This document shows positions 10,423 to 19,153 of a DNA stretch of 64,000 bases, piece by piece. The notes under the pieces were generated by a model. It ran no database searches, was not told where the DNA came from, and saw only the letters and a list, made by a program, of their open reading frames with translations. Where the stretch lies: assembly GCA_965205505.1 (NCBI GenBank), contig CBDBHB010000009.1:1280001-1344000 (forward strand). The letters run 5' to 3'. This DNA comes from Acidobacteriota bacterium. GTDB lineage: Bacteria > Acidobacteriota > UBA890 > WLXD01. The position numbers and the translations under genes are program-made. Numbering within the stretch: position 1 is the first letter of the stretch; each line of letters begins with the position of its first letter.

Positions 10423-10820
10423 ATGTTTCCGAAGACCGTCGCGCTCCTGCTGGTCATGCCGGTTGCGGTATCGTCCTGCGGCGTCGCGCCGATCCGTTAG
10501 ACGAGCCACGTTCTCGTCGGGGCCGACGACATTGCCTCGTGTAACTCACGCGGCGACGAGCGCACCGCGTTGCTGCTCGACGAAGTCGAAGGCACGAACT
10601 TCACCGCCGGAGACAACCACCCGCTCTTTTCGTCCGATAGCCACAGCCGTCAGTAACGGGTGCGGGAGTTCTGGGAGCTGCTCTTCGAGGATGGCGCCGA
10701 CGTCGTCGTCAACGGCCACGACCATCACTACGAGCGCTTCGTGCCCCTGACGCCGGACGGTGAGCCCGACCCGGATCACGGCATTCGACAGTTCATCGCT
10801 GGCACCGGCTGCCTTCGAGT
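10423..10820 (+). pseudogene. Degraded calcineurin-like metallophosphoesterase
   Basis: Fragments VLVGADDIA, FTAGDN, GADVVVNGHDHHYERF..GIRQFIAGTG spread across frames with stops and a large internal deletion. Confidence 0.65.
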
Positions 10821-12334
10821 TAGCGACCGGAGTACATCTTTCCGAGCACCGGGCGCCCCGGTCGCGCACCCTCGACGGTCTCCCCGTCACGCACCACGAA
10901 GGTGCCGTTCACCAGCACGTGCTCGACGCCTTCCGCAAACGACAGGTCTTCTTCGAAGGTCGCAGTGTCGATGATTCGGCTGGGCGCGAACACCGTGATG
11001 TCGGCGTCGCTGCCCACCTGAATGCGCCCTTTGCGAGCCATTGCCGGGGCAATTTTCTCGAGGCGTCGCGCCGGCATGAGCGAGACCTTCGACAGGGCCT
11101 CGAGCAACGGCATGATCTCCAGCTCGCGCACGTAGTATCCCAGGAAGCGCGAGAACGTTCCGGCGCTACGTGGGTGGGCGCCGGGTGCGTAGGGCATGCC
11201 GTCTGAGGCCACCATGACGAACGGCGTGCGCATGGCCAACTCGATCCACGCGGGCTTCATCACGTGGATGATCACTGTGCCGCCCTCGGCGCGGTACTTC
11301 TTGAAGGTCTCTTCCGTGAGGCGCTCGCCGGTGTCCTCCCACTGGATATCGTCGTAGCTTATGCCGAGCTTTTCCTGCCAGCCGTCGTCGAAGATGGCCG
11401 AGCCGATGCCGGTCGAGGCAGCGGTGTAAGGGTAGGCCTCGGTGCTGATGTCCATGCCTCGTCGCTGGGCGGCGGCGATCATGTCCAGCACCGTCGGCAA
11501 GTTGCCCAGGCTCATGCTGTTGACGTGCACGATATGCAACGGCGCACCGGTCATGGCGGCGTTGGCGATGACTTCCTGGAACGCCTCGACCTCCATGCTG
11601 CGCACATGCGTATAGATGGGAACATCCCACTCGGCGGCCATCTGGAAGACGCGGAAGATCTCGTCGTGGTCAGCGCCGGGGTAGTACTGGTGCGGTACAC
11701 CGAGACCCAGACCGCCGGCACCCAGTCCCCGTTCGAATCGGTCGCGCAGTCCGCCGATCGCCTGGCGATCGATGGGGTCGTAGCCGGTGCGTGCGAGCGC
11801 GCTCATGATCTCCGCGATCCCGGCGGCGCCCTCGGACTCAGACGCGAACATCTCCTCGAGCCGGGTCGTCTCGGTTGCTCGGTCGGGCATCGCCCAGACG
11901 CGACTGAAGTCGTGCGCTACCGAGGCGCCGAAATTGAGGATCGAGTCGCCGCGGCGACGGTTGAAGAAGCTCGCCACATCGCCGACACCGCCTTCGAGCT
12001 CGAGCGCAGTCGTAACGCCGTCGTGGGCCTGGTAGATGTTGGCGTCGTTGCTCTGACCATGGGCGTGGAGGTCGATGAACCCCGGTGCCACCACCAATCC
12101 GGAAACGTCGACGATCACATCGCCCCGCAGCGCGCCCTCGGAGATCGCGTCGATTCTGTCGCCGCGAATGCCGACATTACGTACCGCATCGAGCCGGGTC
12201 TCCGGGTCGAGAACGCGCCCACCGGCCAGCACGATGTCGAAAGTCTCACCGGTCTGTGCGTTGCTGGGCGAGGCGAGAGCAACGATCACGACAATGAGCA
12301 GGCCGAGGGGGGATTGCTTCAACGCGTCTGGCAT
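10820..12334 (-). CDS. N-acyl-D-amino acid deacylase / amidohydrolase
   Basis: APGFIDLHAH, MVASDG, AHPRSAGTF, GRIQVGSDADI; RBS GAGGAG before ATG at 12334. Confidence 0.88.
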   Translation of the reverse strand: MPDALKQSPLGLLIVVIVALASPSNAQTGETFDIVLAGGRVLDPETRLDAVRNVGIRGDRIDAISEGALRGDVIVDVSGLVVAPGFIDLHAHGQSNDANIYQAHDGVTTALELEGGVGDVASFFNRRRGDSILNFGASVAHDFSRVWAMPDRATETTRLEEMFASESEGAAGIAEIMSALARTGYDPIDRQAIGGLRDRFERGLGAGGLGLGVPHQYYPGADHDEIFRVFQMAAEWDVPIYTHVRSMEVEAFQEVIANAAMTGAPLHIVHVNSMSLGNLPTVLDMIAAAQRRGMDISTEAYPYTAASTGIGSAIFDDGWQEKLGISYDDIQWEDTGERLTEETFKKYRAEGGTVIIHVMKPAWIELAMRTPFVMVASDGMPYAPGAHPRSAGTFSRFLGYYVRELEIMPLLEALSKVSLMPARRLEKIAPAMARKGRIQVGSDADITVFAPSRIIDTATFEEDLSFAEGVEHVLVNGTFVVRDGETVEGARPGRPVLGKMYSGR

Positions 12335-12427
12335 GGGGGTCTCCTCATGAGCACACCGGAGATCGTGCGGCGGTTGCGGATGGGCCATCGGGCCGCACCA
12401 TAGCAGAAGCTCGCCCGCTACGGTCTG

Positions 12428-12600
12428 CTAGTCGTGTGCCTGCAGCAAAGCTGTGAGCAGCGCGTCTGCGGATTCGCTGAGGGTCGTGGCACCGCTGTTG
12501 TAGTTGCGCAACAGGACGGCGCCATACCCGCTGTCGGGCTCGAATACCAGGTAGGCCGTGTAGCCGGCGACCGACCCCCCGTGGCGACCGAATCGGCAAC
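12428..12600 (-). pseudogene. C-terminal remnant of a serine hydrolase (beta-lactamase family)
   Basis: HGGSVAGYTAYLVFEPDSGYGAVLLRN motif with no upstream catalytic domain. Confidence 0.55.
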
Positions 12601-12693
12601 CAAGTTCGCCAGCTGGGTGCACCTCTGGCGCCCTGTTAGACTCGCGCCGACACTGGACCCATGTTTCAATTACCACCTGCGCTGGGGACTTTG

Positions 12694-12951
12694 ATGACAG
12701 CACACGCTCGAACAGCGTTCCTTGCGGCAGTCTGCCTTGTGCTGGCCTCGACCCTGAGTGCCGCTCAGTCCGAGCCGCTGCTTACCGAGGACGAGGTCGA
12801 GGGGGTGCTCGGTATGTCGGTACAGATCGATAGCCGCGGCAACAACGGGTTCATCCTGTCGGTTACCTACCCGACCGGGAGGCCCACCGGGATCACCGAT
12901 CTCGAGGAAACAGCCGTGGCGCTGGCCAAGATCGCGGCCGCGAAACTCTGA
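12694..12951 (+). CDS. Small secreted hypothetical protein (possibly truncated)
   Basis: Signal-peptide-like MTAHARTAFLAAVCLVLASTLSA. Confidence 0.4.
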   Translation: MTAHARTAFLAAVCLVLASTLSAAQSEPLLTEDEVEGVLGMSVQIDSRGNNGFILSVTYPTGRPTGITDLEETAVALAKIAAAKL

Positions 12952-13038
12952 GCGGTGGTAGGCTGCGCGCCACCCCGGGCAACCCTCCAGCCGGGTTTCT
13001 GAGGCCGATCGAAAACAACCAGCAGGAGGTACCACGTC

Positions 13039-15045
13039 GTGGGAGGCTCCCGTAGGCGCGACCTTGGTATGGACCGTGAGATCACGCGGCGCGACTTCGT
13101 CAACGGCATGGCGGTGCCGGTGGGCGGGGCGCTCGCCTTGCCGAGCCTGGGTCGGGGTAAGGCCGCGCCAGCTGCGCGGCACGCGGCGCCGGCGGTACCG
13201 CAGGATCCGGCCGACTACCCGCCAGTGCGACACGGGTTGCGTGGCAGCCACGACGGTTCGTTCGAGGTCGCCCATCAGATGCGCGATCAGCGTGGTTGGG
13301 ACTTCTCGGGTGCCGTCGATACCGATGAGCGCTACGACCTGGTGGTGGTCGGTGGCGGCATCAGCGGCCTGGCCGCGGCACAGATTTTCGTCAAGAACGT
13401 CGGCCGCGAGGCTCGCGTCCTGATCCTCGACAACCACGACGACTGCGGCGGCCACGCCAAGCGCAACGAGTTCCACTACAACGGGCGTATGCTGGCGCTC
13501 AATGGCGGGACCTACAACATCGAGTCGTACGGGCGCTACAACCAGCCGTCGCGGCGGTTGCTGACCGACATCGGTATCGATCTTGACCGCTACATGGAAG
13601 ACAACGCCGATAGCCAGCAGATGTACAGCCGCATGGGGCTCGGATCGGCCTACTTCTTCGATGCTGAGACCTGGGGTGAGGATCGGCTGGTGAAGCGCTC
13701 CGGCGGGTACGGTGGGCTCGACGCCGATTTCCTGGCCAAGACGCCGCTGTCGCCCAAAGCCCGGCACGACTACCTGGCACTCTACTCGGGAGACCAACCG
13801 GACCACTTCCCGGGCCTGTCGTCCGCCGAGAAGAAGGAGCGGTTGGCGAAGATTTCTTACACCGACTACATGCTCGAGGTGGTGAAGGTCGATCCCGAGG
13901 TCATGTGGTTCTTCGCCGGCAGCGGCAACGGCGTGTTTGCGGTCGGCGCCGACGCGCTGCCGGCGCTGTTTGCGTGGAGCATGGGGCAACCGGGGTTTGA
14001 CGGCCTGGACCTCGAACCGATGCCCGACGGCGTGTTCGCCGACCTACCCGGTGGAATTCACGGACGCCAGCGGCCAAGCGGCGAAGAGGTCCATTTCCCC
14101 GACGGCAACGCCACCATCACGCGGCTCCTGGTGCGATGGCTGATCCCTGACGCCGTTCCCGGCAAGACCCAGGAGGACGTCGGGGTTGCACGGGTGGCCT
14201 ACGATCTGCTGGACCGTGAGGGCCAAACTGCCCGCATCCGGCTCAACAGTACGGTGGTGCATGCACGACACACCAGCTCCTCAGGCAACGACGCGGTCGA
14301 GGTCAGCTACGTGCACGACGGCAGGACCTACCACGTTCGCGGGCGCCACTGTGTCATGGCGTGCTGGAACCGTGTGATCCCGTATTTGGTTCCCGAGATG
14401 CCAGTGAAGCAGAAGGAGGCACTGGCGTTCGCGGTGAAAGGCCCACTCTTCTACACCAGCGTCGCCGTCCGCAACTGGAACTCTTTCGTGAAACTGGGCG
14501 TGAGCTCCGTTAGTACGCCGACCATGCAACACACTTCCGTCGGCCTCGATCAAGCGGTGAGCCTCGGCGACCTCCGACACGCTGAGTCGCCCGAGGAGCC
14601 CATCGTTCTTTCGCTCGAGGGCTACCTGAACTACCCGGGGCGGACGCGCAAGGAGCAGCACAAGATGGGCCGCGAGGAGCTCCTCGCTACCTCGTTCGAG
14701 ACCTGGGAGGAGAGGATCCGCGACCAACTCGGGCGGGTGCTGGGTGGCGGTGGCTTCGATCCGGCCGAGGACATCGTTGCCATCGCCGTCAACCGCTGGC
14801 CGCACGGATACGCGTACACCTACAACAGCCTCTACGATCCGATGGAATGGGTGTTTACGACCAGCGACGAGCGTCCCTGTGTGGTTGCACGGCAGCCCTT
14901 CGGATCGATTACGATCGCCAACTCCGACGCTGCCGCCAGCCCACACACGGACGCCGCCATACTGGAGGCACACCGGGCCGTGCAGGAGGTGTTGCAGCGC
15001 CGGGCCATGCCGGCGATCGGCAGACCGGCCAGCGGGCCGCAGTGA
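13039..15045 (+). CDS. Tat-exported FAD oxidoreductase, spermidine dehydrogenase (SpdH)-like, copy 1
   Basis: ITRRDFVNG Tat motif, YPP..GLRGSH, VVGGGISGL, GGHAKRNEF, HFPDGNA, VNRWPHGY, IANSDA. Confidence 0.85.
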   Translation: MGGSRRRDLGMDREITRRDFVNGMAVPVGGALALPSLGRGKAAPAARHAAPAVPQDPADYPPVRHGLRGSHDGSFEVAHQMRDQRGWDFSGAVDTDERYDLVVVGGGISGLAAAQIFVKNVGREARVLILDNHDDCGGHAKRNEFHYNGRMLALNGGTYNIESYGRYNQPSRRLLTDIGIDLDRYMEDNADSQQMYSRMGLGSAYFFDAETWGEDRLVKRSGGYGGLDADFLAKTPLSPKARHDYLALYSGDQPDHFPGLSSAEKKERLAKISYTDYMLEVVKVDPEVMWFFAGSGNGVFAVGADALPALFAWSMGQPGFDGLDLEPMPDGVFADLPGGIHGRQRPSGEEVHFPDGNATITRLLVRWLIPDAVPGKTQEDVGVARVAYDLLDREGQTARIRLNSTVVHARHTSSSGNDAVEVSYVHDGRTYHVRGRHCVMACWNRVIPYLVPEMPVKQKEALAFAVKGPLFYTSVAVRNWNSFVKLGVSSVSTPTMQHTSVGLDQAVSLGDLRHAESPEEPIVLSLEGYLNYPGRTRKEQHKMGREELLATSFETWEERIRDQLGRVLGGGGFDPAEDIVAIAVNRWPHGYAYTYNSLYDPMEWVFTTSDERPCVVARQPFGSITIANSDAAASPHTDAAILEAHRAVQEVLQRRAMPAIGRPASGPQ

Positions 15046-15132
15046 AAGTGAAGGATGCTAGGTTGTGCGATCAGAGGCATGCTCTCGATCGGGTTTTGAG
15101 ACCGATTGAAACCAATTAGCAGGAGGTGCTGC

Positions 15133-17133
15133 GTGGGACGTAGACGTGACCTGGGTATGGACCGTCAGATCACTCGGCGCGACTTCGTCAACGGCGTGGC
15201 GGTTCCGATTGGCGGGGCGCTCGCCCTCCCGAACCTGGGCCGACGCAAGGCCGCACCAGCTGTCCGGTCCGCGGCGCCGGTGGTACCACAGGATCCCGCC
15301 GACTATCCGCCACTGCGACACGGGTTGCGCGGCAGCCATGCCGGCTCGCTCGAAGTCGGCCACCAGATGCGCGATCAGCGCGGCTGGGACTTCTCCGATG
15401 CGGTGGACAGCGGCGAGCGCTACGACCTGGTGGTGGTCGGTGGCGGTATCAGCGGCCTGGCCGCGGCCCAGATGTTCGTCAAGAACGTCGGACGCCAGGC
15501 CCGCGTGTTGATTCTCGACAACCACGACGACTTCGGCGGCCACGCCAAGCGCAACGAGTTCCACTACAACGGGCGCATGATGGCGCTCAACGGTGGGACG
15601 CTCAACATCGAGTCCTACGGACGATACAACCAGCCCGCCCGGCGGCTGCTCGCCGACATCGGCATCGATGTGGAGCGCTTCCGCGCCGACAATGCCGACA
15701 GTCGCCAGATGTACCGTCGCATGGGGCTCGGATCTGCCTACTTCTTCGACGCCGAGACCTGGGGTGAGGATCGGCTGGTCACGCGCTCCGGAGGTCCCTA
15801 CGGCGGGCTCGACGCCGACTTCCTGGCCAAGACGCCGCTGTCGCCCAAGGCCCAGCGCGACTACCTGGCGCTCTACTCGGGAGACCAACCCGACCACTTC
15901 CCGGGCCTGTCGTCGACCGAGAAGAAGGAGCGGTTGGCGAAGATGAGCTACACCGACTACATGCTCGAGGTGGTGAAGGTCGATCCCGAGGTCATGTGGT
16001 TCTTCGCCGGCAGCGGCAACGGCGTGTTCGCCGTCGGTGCCGACGCGCTGCCGGCACTGTACGCGTGGATCATGGGGCAACCGGGGTTTGACGGCCTGGA
16101 CCTCGAACCGATGCCGGACGGCGTGCTCGCCGACCTGCCCGGTGGAATTCACGGACGCCAGCGCGAGAGCGAAGAGAGTGCCGTCCACTTCCCGGACGGC
16201 AACGCCACCGTCACTCGGCTCATGGTCCGCTGGCTGATTCCCGACGCCGTTCCGGGCGAGACCCAGGAGGATGTCGGCACGGCGCGCGTCGCTTATGACC
16301 TGCTGGACCGTGAGGGCCAGACGGCGCGCATTCGGCTCAACAGCACGGTCGTGCGTGCCAGACATATCGGGTCCTCGGGTACCGATGGCGTCGAGGTGAG
16401 CTATGTGCACGACGGCAGGACCTACCACGTGCGCGGGCGCCACTGCGTCATGGCGTGCTGGAACCGAGTGATTCCGTACCTCGTTCCCGAGATGCCCGAG
16501 AAGCAGAAGGAGGCGCTCGCCTTCGCGTTGAAGGGGCCGCTAGTCTACACCAGCGTCGCCGTCCGGAACTGGACCGCGTTCGAGAAGCTGGGCGTGAGAA
16601 GTATCGCCACGCCGACGATGTATCACGACCGCGTCGGTCTGGACGAGGCGGTGAGCCTGGGCGACCTGCGACACGCGGAGTCGCCCGAGGAACCCATCGT
16701 GCTGTCGCTCAGCCGCCACCTCAATTACCCCGGTGAACGGCGCAAGCGGCAGCACGTGATGGGTCGTGAGGAGCTCCTGGCGACGCCGTTCGAGACCTGG
16801 GAGGAGAAGATCCGCGACCAGCTCGGGCGGGTGCTGGGGGGCGGCGGTTTCGATCCGGCCGAGGACATCGTGGCCATCGCCGTGAACCGCTGGCCGCATG
16901 GCTACTCCTACACCTACAACACGCTCTACGACCCAATGGAGTGGGCGTTCACGACCACCGACGAGCGCCCGTGCGTGATCGCGCGCCAGCCGTTCGGCTC
17001 GATCACGATCGCCAACTCGGATGCGGCCGCCAGCCCCCACACTGACGCCGCCATCCTGGAGGCGCACCGCGCCGTACAGGAGGTTCTGCAGCGACGCTCG
17101 ATGCCGTCGATGAGCAAGCTGCCGACCAACTAA
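15133..17133 (+). CDS. Tat-exported FAD oxidoreductase, spermidine dehydrogenase (SpdH)-like, copy 2
   Basis: Same motifs as copy 1; AGGAGG RBS before GTG at 15133. Confidence 0.85.
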   Translation: MGRRRDLGMDRQITRRDFVNGVAVPIGGALALPNLGRRKAAPAVRSAAPVVPQDPADYPPLRHGLRGSHAGSLEVGHQMRDQRGWDFSDAVDSGERYDLVVVGGGISGLAAAQMFVKNVGRQARVLILDNHDDFGGHAKRNEFHYNGRMMALNGGTLNIESYGRYNQPARRLLADIGIDVERFRADNADSRQMYRRMGLGSAYFFDAETWGEDRLVTRSGGPYGGLDADFLAKTPLSPKAQRDYLALYSGDQPDHFPGLSSTEKKERLAKMSYTDYMLEVVKVDPEVMWFFAGSGNGVFAVGADALPALYAWIMGQPGFDGLDLEPMPDGVLADLPGGIHGRQRESEESAVHFPDGNATVTRLMVRWLIPDAVPGETQEDVGTARVAYDLLDREGQTARIRLNSTVVRARHIGSSGTDGVEVSYVHDGRTYHVRGRHCVMACWNRVIPYLVPEMPEKQKEALAFALKGPLVYTSVAVRNWTAFEKLGVRSIATPTMYHDRVGLDEAVSLGDLRHAESPEEPIVLSLSRHLNYPGERRKRQHVMGREELLATPFETWEEKIRDQLGRVLGGGGFDPAEDIVAIAVNRWPHGYSYTYNTLYDPMEWAFTTTDERPCVIARQPFGSITIANSDAAASPHTDAAILEAHRAVQEVLQRRSMPSMSKLPTN

Positions 17134-17230
17134 AGCGTCATCGTACTCATGATCAGGAGCACTGGCCGGAGGTTTGTTGGGCGACCCGCGCGCTTCGCTG
17201 GTAGGCGGGAGACTGTGCTGTGCGCGGCAG

Positions 17231-17746
17231 CTACGGCTGGTTGCCGCCGGCGGCATCCGGCGAGGTCGCAACGGCGTCTGCCGTCCACTCCAGGCTCGGC
17301 TGTCCGCGCACCGTGACGACGATTTTTCCGGCCGCGAGCTCTGCATCGAACGGCCCTGGCTTCCACGCTAGTCGAGGCAGCCCGCATTCGAACAGCACGG
17401 TCGCGACGGTGAGCAGGATGCATCCCATTGCGGCGCCTTCGAACACGATGATCGCGGTTGACATGAGTGGAACGATCGGCATACCGCCGGTGACGAGCGG
17501 GTAGGCACGAGCGGTCAGCGACACCAACAGATAGGCTGCCACCCCACCGAACACGCCGCCGAGCACGGCAAGCAACGGTACACGAGAGCGCGGACGCTGC
17601 CCTGATGGCACGATGCAGTGCTCGTCGAGCGGTACGGAGCTGCGAATCTCGATGTCGTCGGGCCCGATACCGCCCCGGGACAGCAGGCTCAAAGCCTCGC
17701 GCACCTGCGAGCCGGTAGCGAACACTGCGTGAGTCACGGTCGCCAT
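17231..17746 (-). CDS. DUF3341 / ActD-like membrane subunit
   Basis: Two transmembrane helices, YPLVTGGMP motif, position downstream of an NrfD-type gene. Confidence 0.7.
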   Translation of the reverse strand: MATVTHAVFATGSQVREALSLLSRGGIGPDDIEIRSSVPLDEHCIVPSGQRPRSRVPLLAVLGGVFGGVAAYLLVSLTARAYPLVTGGMPIVPLMSTAIIVFEGAAMGCILLTVATVLFECGLPRLAWKPGPFDAELAAGKIVVTVRGQPSLEWTADAVATSPDAAGGNQP

Positions 17747-17752
17747 GGCCTG

Positions 17753-19153
17753 CTACGACTCCCCGCCGACGGGTCGAAGCGACGGCTGGTCGCTGGTGAG
17801 CAACTCGCCGGCGAGATGCTCACCTTCGCGTACCTCCCAGATCGACACGATCGGGGCGAATTGGAGGAATAAGAAATACAGGAACCCGAAGAGGCCGAAC
17901 GATCCGAGGAGGATTCCCCATTCCACCCAGGTGGGCCCGTAATAGCCCACCGTGTAATCCAGCCGCGGGACGCTGAGTGACCCGACCACGATCAGATAGC
18001 GCTCCAGCCACATGCCGATCAGCACACAGAGTCCGACCAGCGCTGTCCAGACCGGACGCCGCCCCCAGCGGAACGGCAGCACGGCGAGCGGGATAACGGC
18101 GTTCAGCACAAGCATCGTCCAGAACGGGGCGGCGAACCGTCCCCACACGCGCTCGTTGAACACCGCGACCTCGGCAGCCTGATCGCCATACCAGATGGTC
18201 AGGTGCTCGGCGTAGGTGAAGTAGGTCCACAGCAGCGTCATGGTGACGAACAGCAGGCCGAGGTTGTTGAACACCCGGTCGTCGAGGTATCTCTCCAGGC
18301 GCAGGCCGGCGCGTAGAAGGAACATCGCCAACATCAACACGGCGATACCCGAGTAAATGGCGCCGACCACGAAGTAAGGCCCGAAGATCGTGCTGTGCCA
18401 CATCGGTGTCAGGGTCATCGCGAAGTCCCAGGAGACGATCGTGTGGACCGAGACGGCGACTGGAATGATCACCACCGCCATGACGCCAATGCCACGCTCG
18501 AGCGAGTGCCACTGCTGTGGCGTGCCGCGCCAACCGAGGGCCATGATGCGATAGAGGAGTGCTCTGAATGTTCCGGGCTTCTCCGCCAGCACCCGATCAC
18601 GCAGAATCGCCATGTCGGGGAGCAGGGGCAGCGACAAGTAGAGCAAGCTGCCGAGCAGGTAGGCGTTGATCGCCACCATATCCCACATCAGCGGCGACCT
18701 GAAGTTGGGCCACAGCCCTCGGCTATTGGGCAACGGCAGCATGTAGTAAAAGTTCCACACGCGGCCGAGGTGGATCAGGGGAAATAATCCACCGATGCTG
18801 AGCGCGAACAACGTGATGGCCTCAGCGCAGCGCGTGATCGGTCGTCGCCATTCTGCTGCAGTCACCCGCAGGATGGCCGAGATCAGCGTGCCAGCATGGC
18901 TGATGCCGATCCAGAAAACGAAGTTGGTGATGTAGAAGCCCCAGAACACCGGTCGGTTGATGCCCGCCACGCCGATGTCGTTGCGGACCTGATAGCCCCA
19001 GCAATACAGGAACAATCCCACCAGCGCTCCGGTGACCAGGCTGCCCGCGACCAATCCGGGGCGCAGCCCGATGACGGGTCGAAAGATCGCCTCCTCGTGC
19101 CGGTGCTGTCGAGGGGTCGGTGCGTTGTCCCGACGCTCAGGCGTTGTCTCCAC
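17753..19153 (-). CDS. NrfD/PsrC-family quinol-interacting subunit (ActC-like)
   Basis: WGFYITNFVFWIGISHAGTLISAIL, HLGR, NFRSPLMWD, SVHTIVSWDF, WHSTIF, WLERY. Confidence 0.9.
   Translation of the reverse strand: METTPERRDNAPTPRQHRHEEAIFRPVIGLRPGLVAGSLVTGALVGLFLYCWGYQVRNDIGVAGINRPVFWGFYITNFVFWIGISHAGTLISAILRVTAAEWRRPITRCAEAITLFALSIGGLFPLIHLGRVWNFYYMLPLPNSRGLWPNFRSPLMWDMVAINAYLLGSLLYLSLPLLPDMAILRDRVLAEKPGTFRALLYRIMALGWRGTPQQWHSLERGIGVMAVVIIPVAVSVHTIVSWDFAMTLTPMWHSTIFGPYFVVGAIYSGIAVLMLAMFLLRAGLRLERYLDDRVFNNLGLLFVTMTLLWTYFTYAEHLTIWYGDQAAEVAVFNERVWGRFAAPFWTMLVLNAVIPLAVLPFRWGRRPVWTALVGLCVLIGMWLERYLIVVGSLSVPRLDYTVGYYGPTWVEWGILLGSFGLFGFLYFLFLQFAPIVSIWEVREGEHLAGELLTSDQPSLRPVGGES

Noticed and set aside
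12670-16443. Long antisense ORFs (12670..13989, 15058..16443; likewise 42553..44076 and 57676..59133)
   Set aside because: These are typical high-GC shadow frames opposite well-supported genes.
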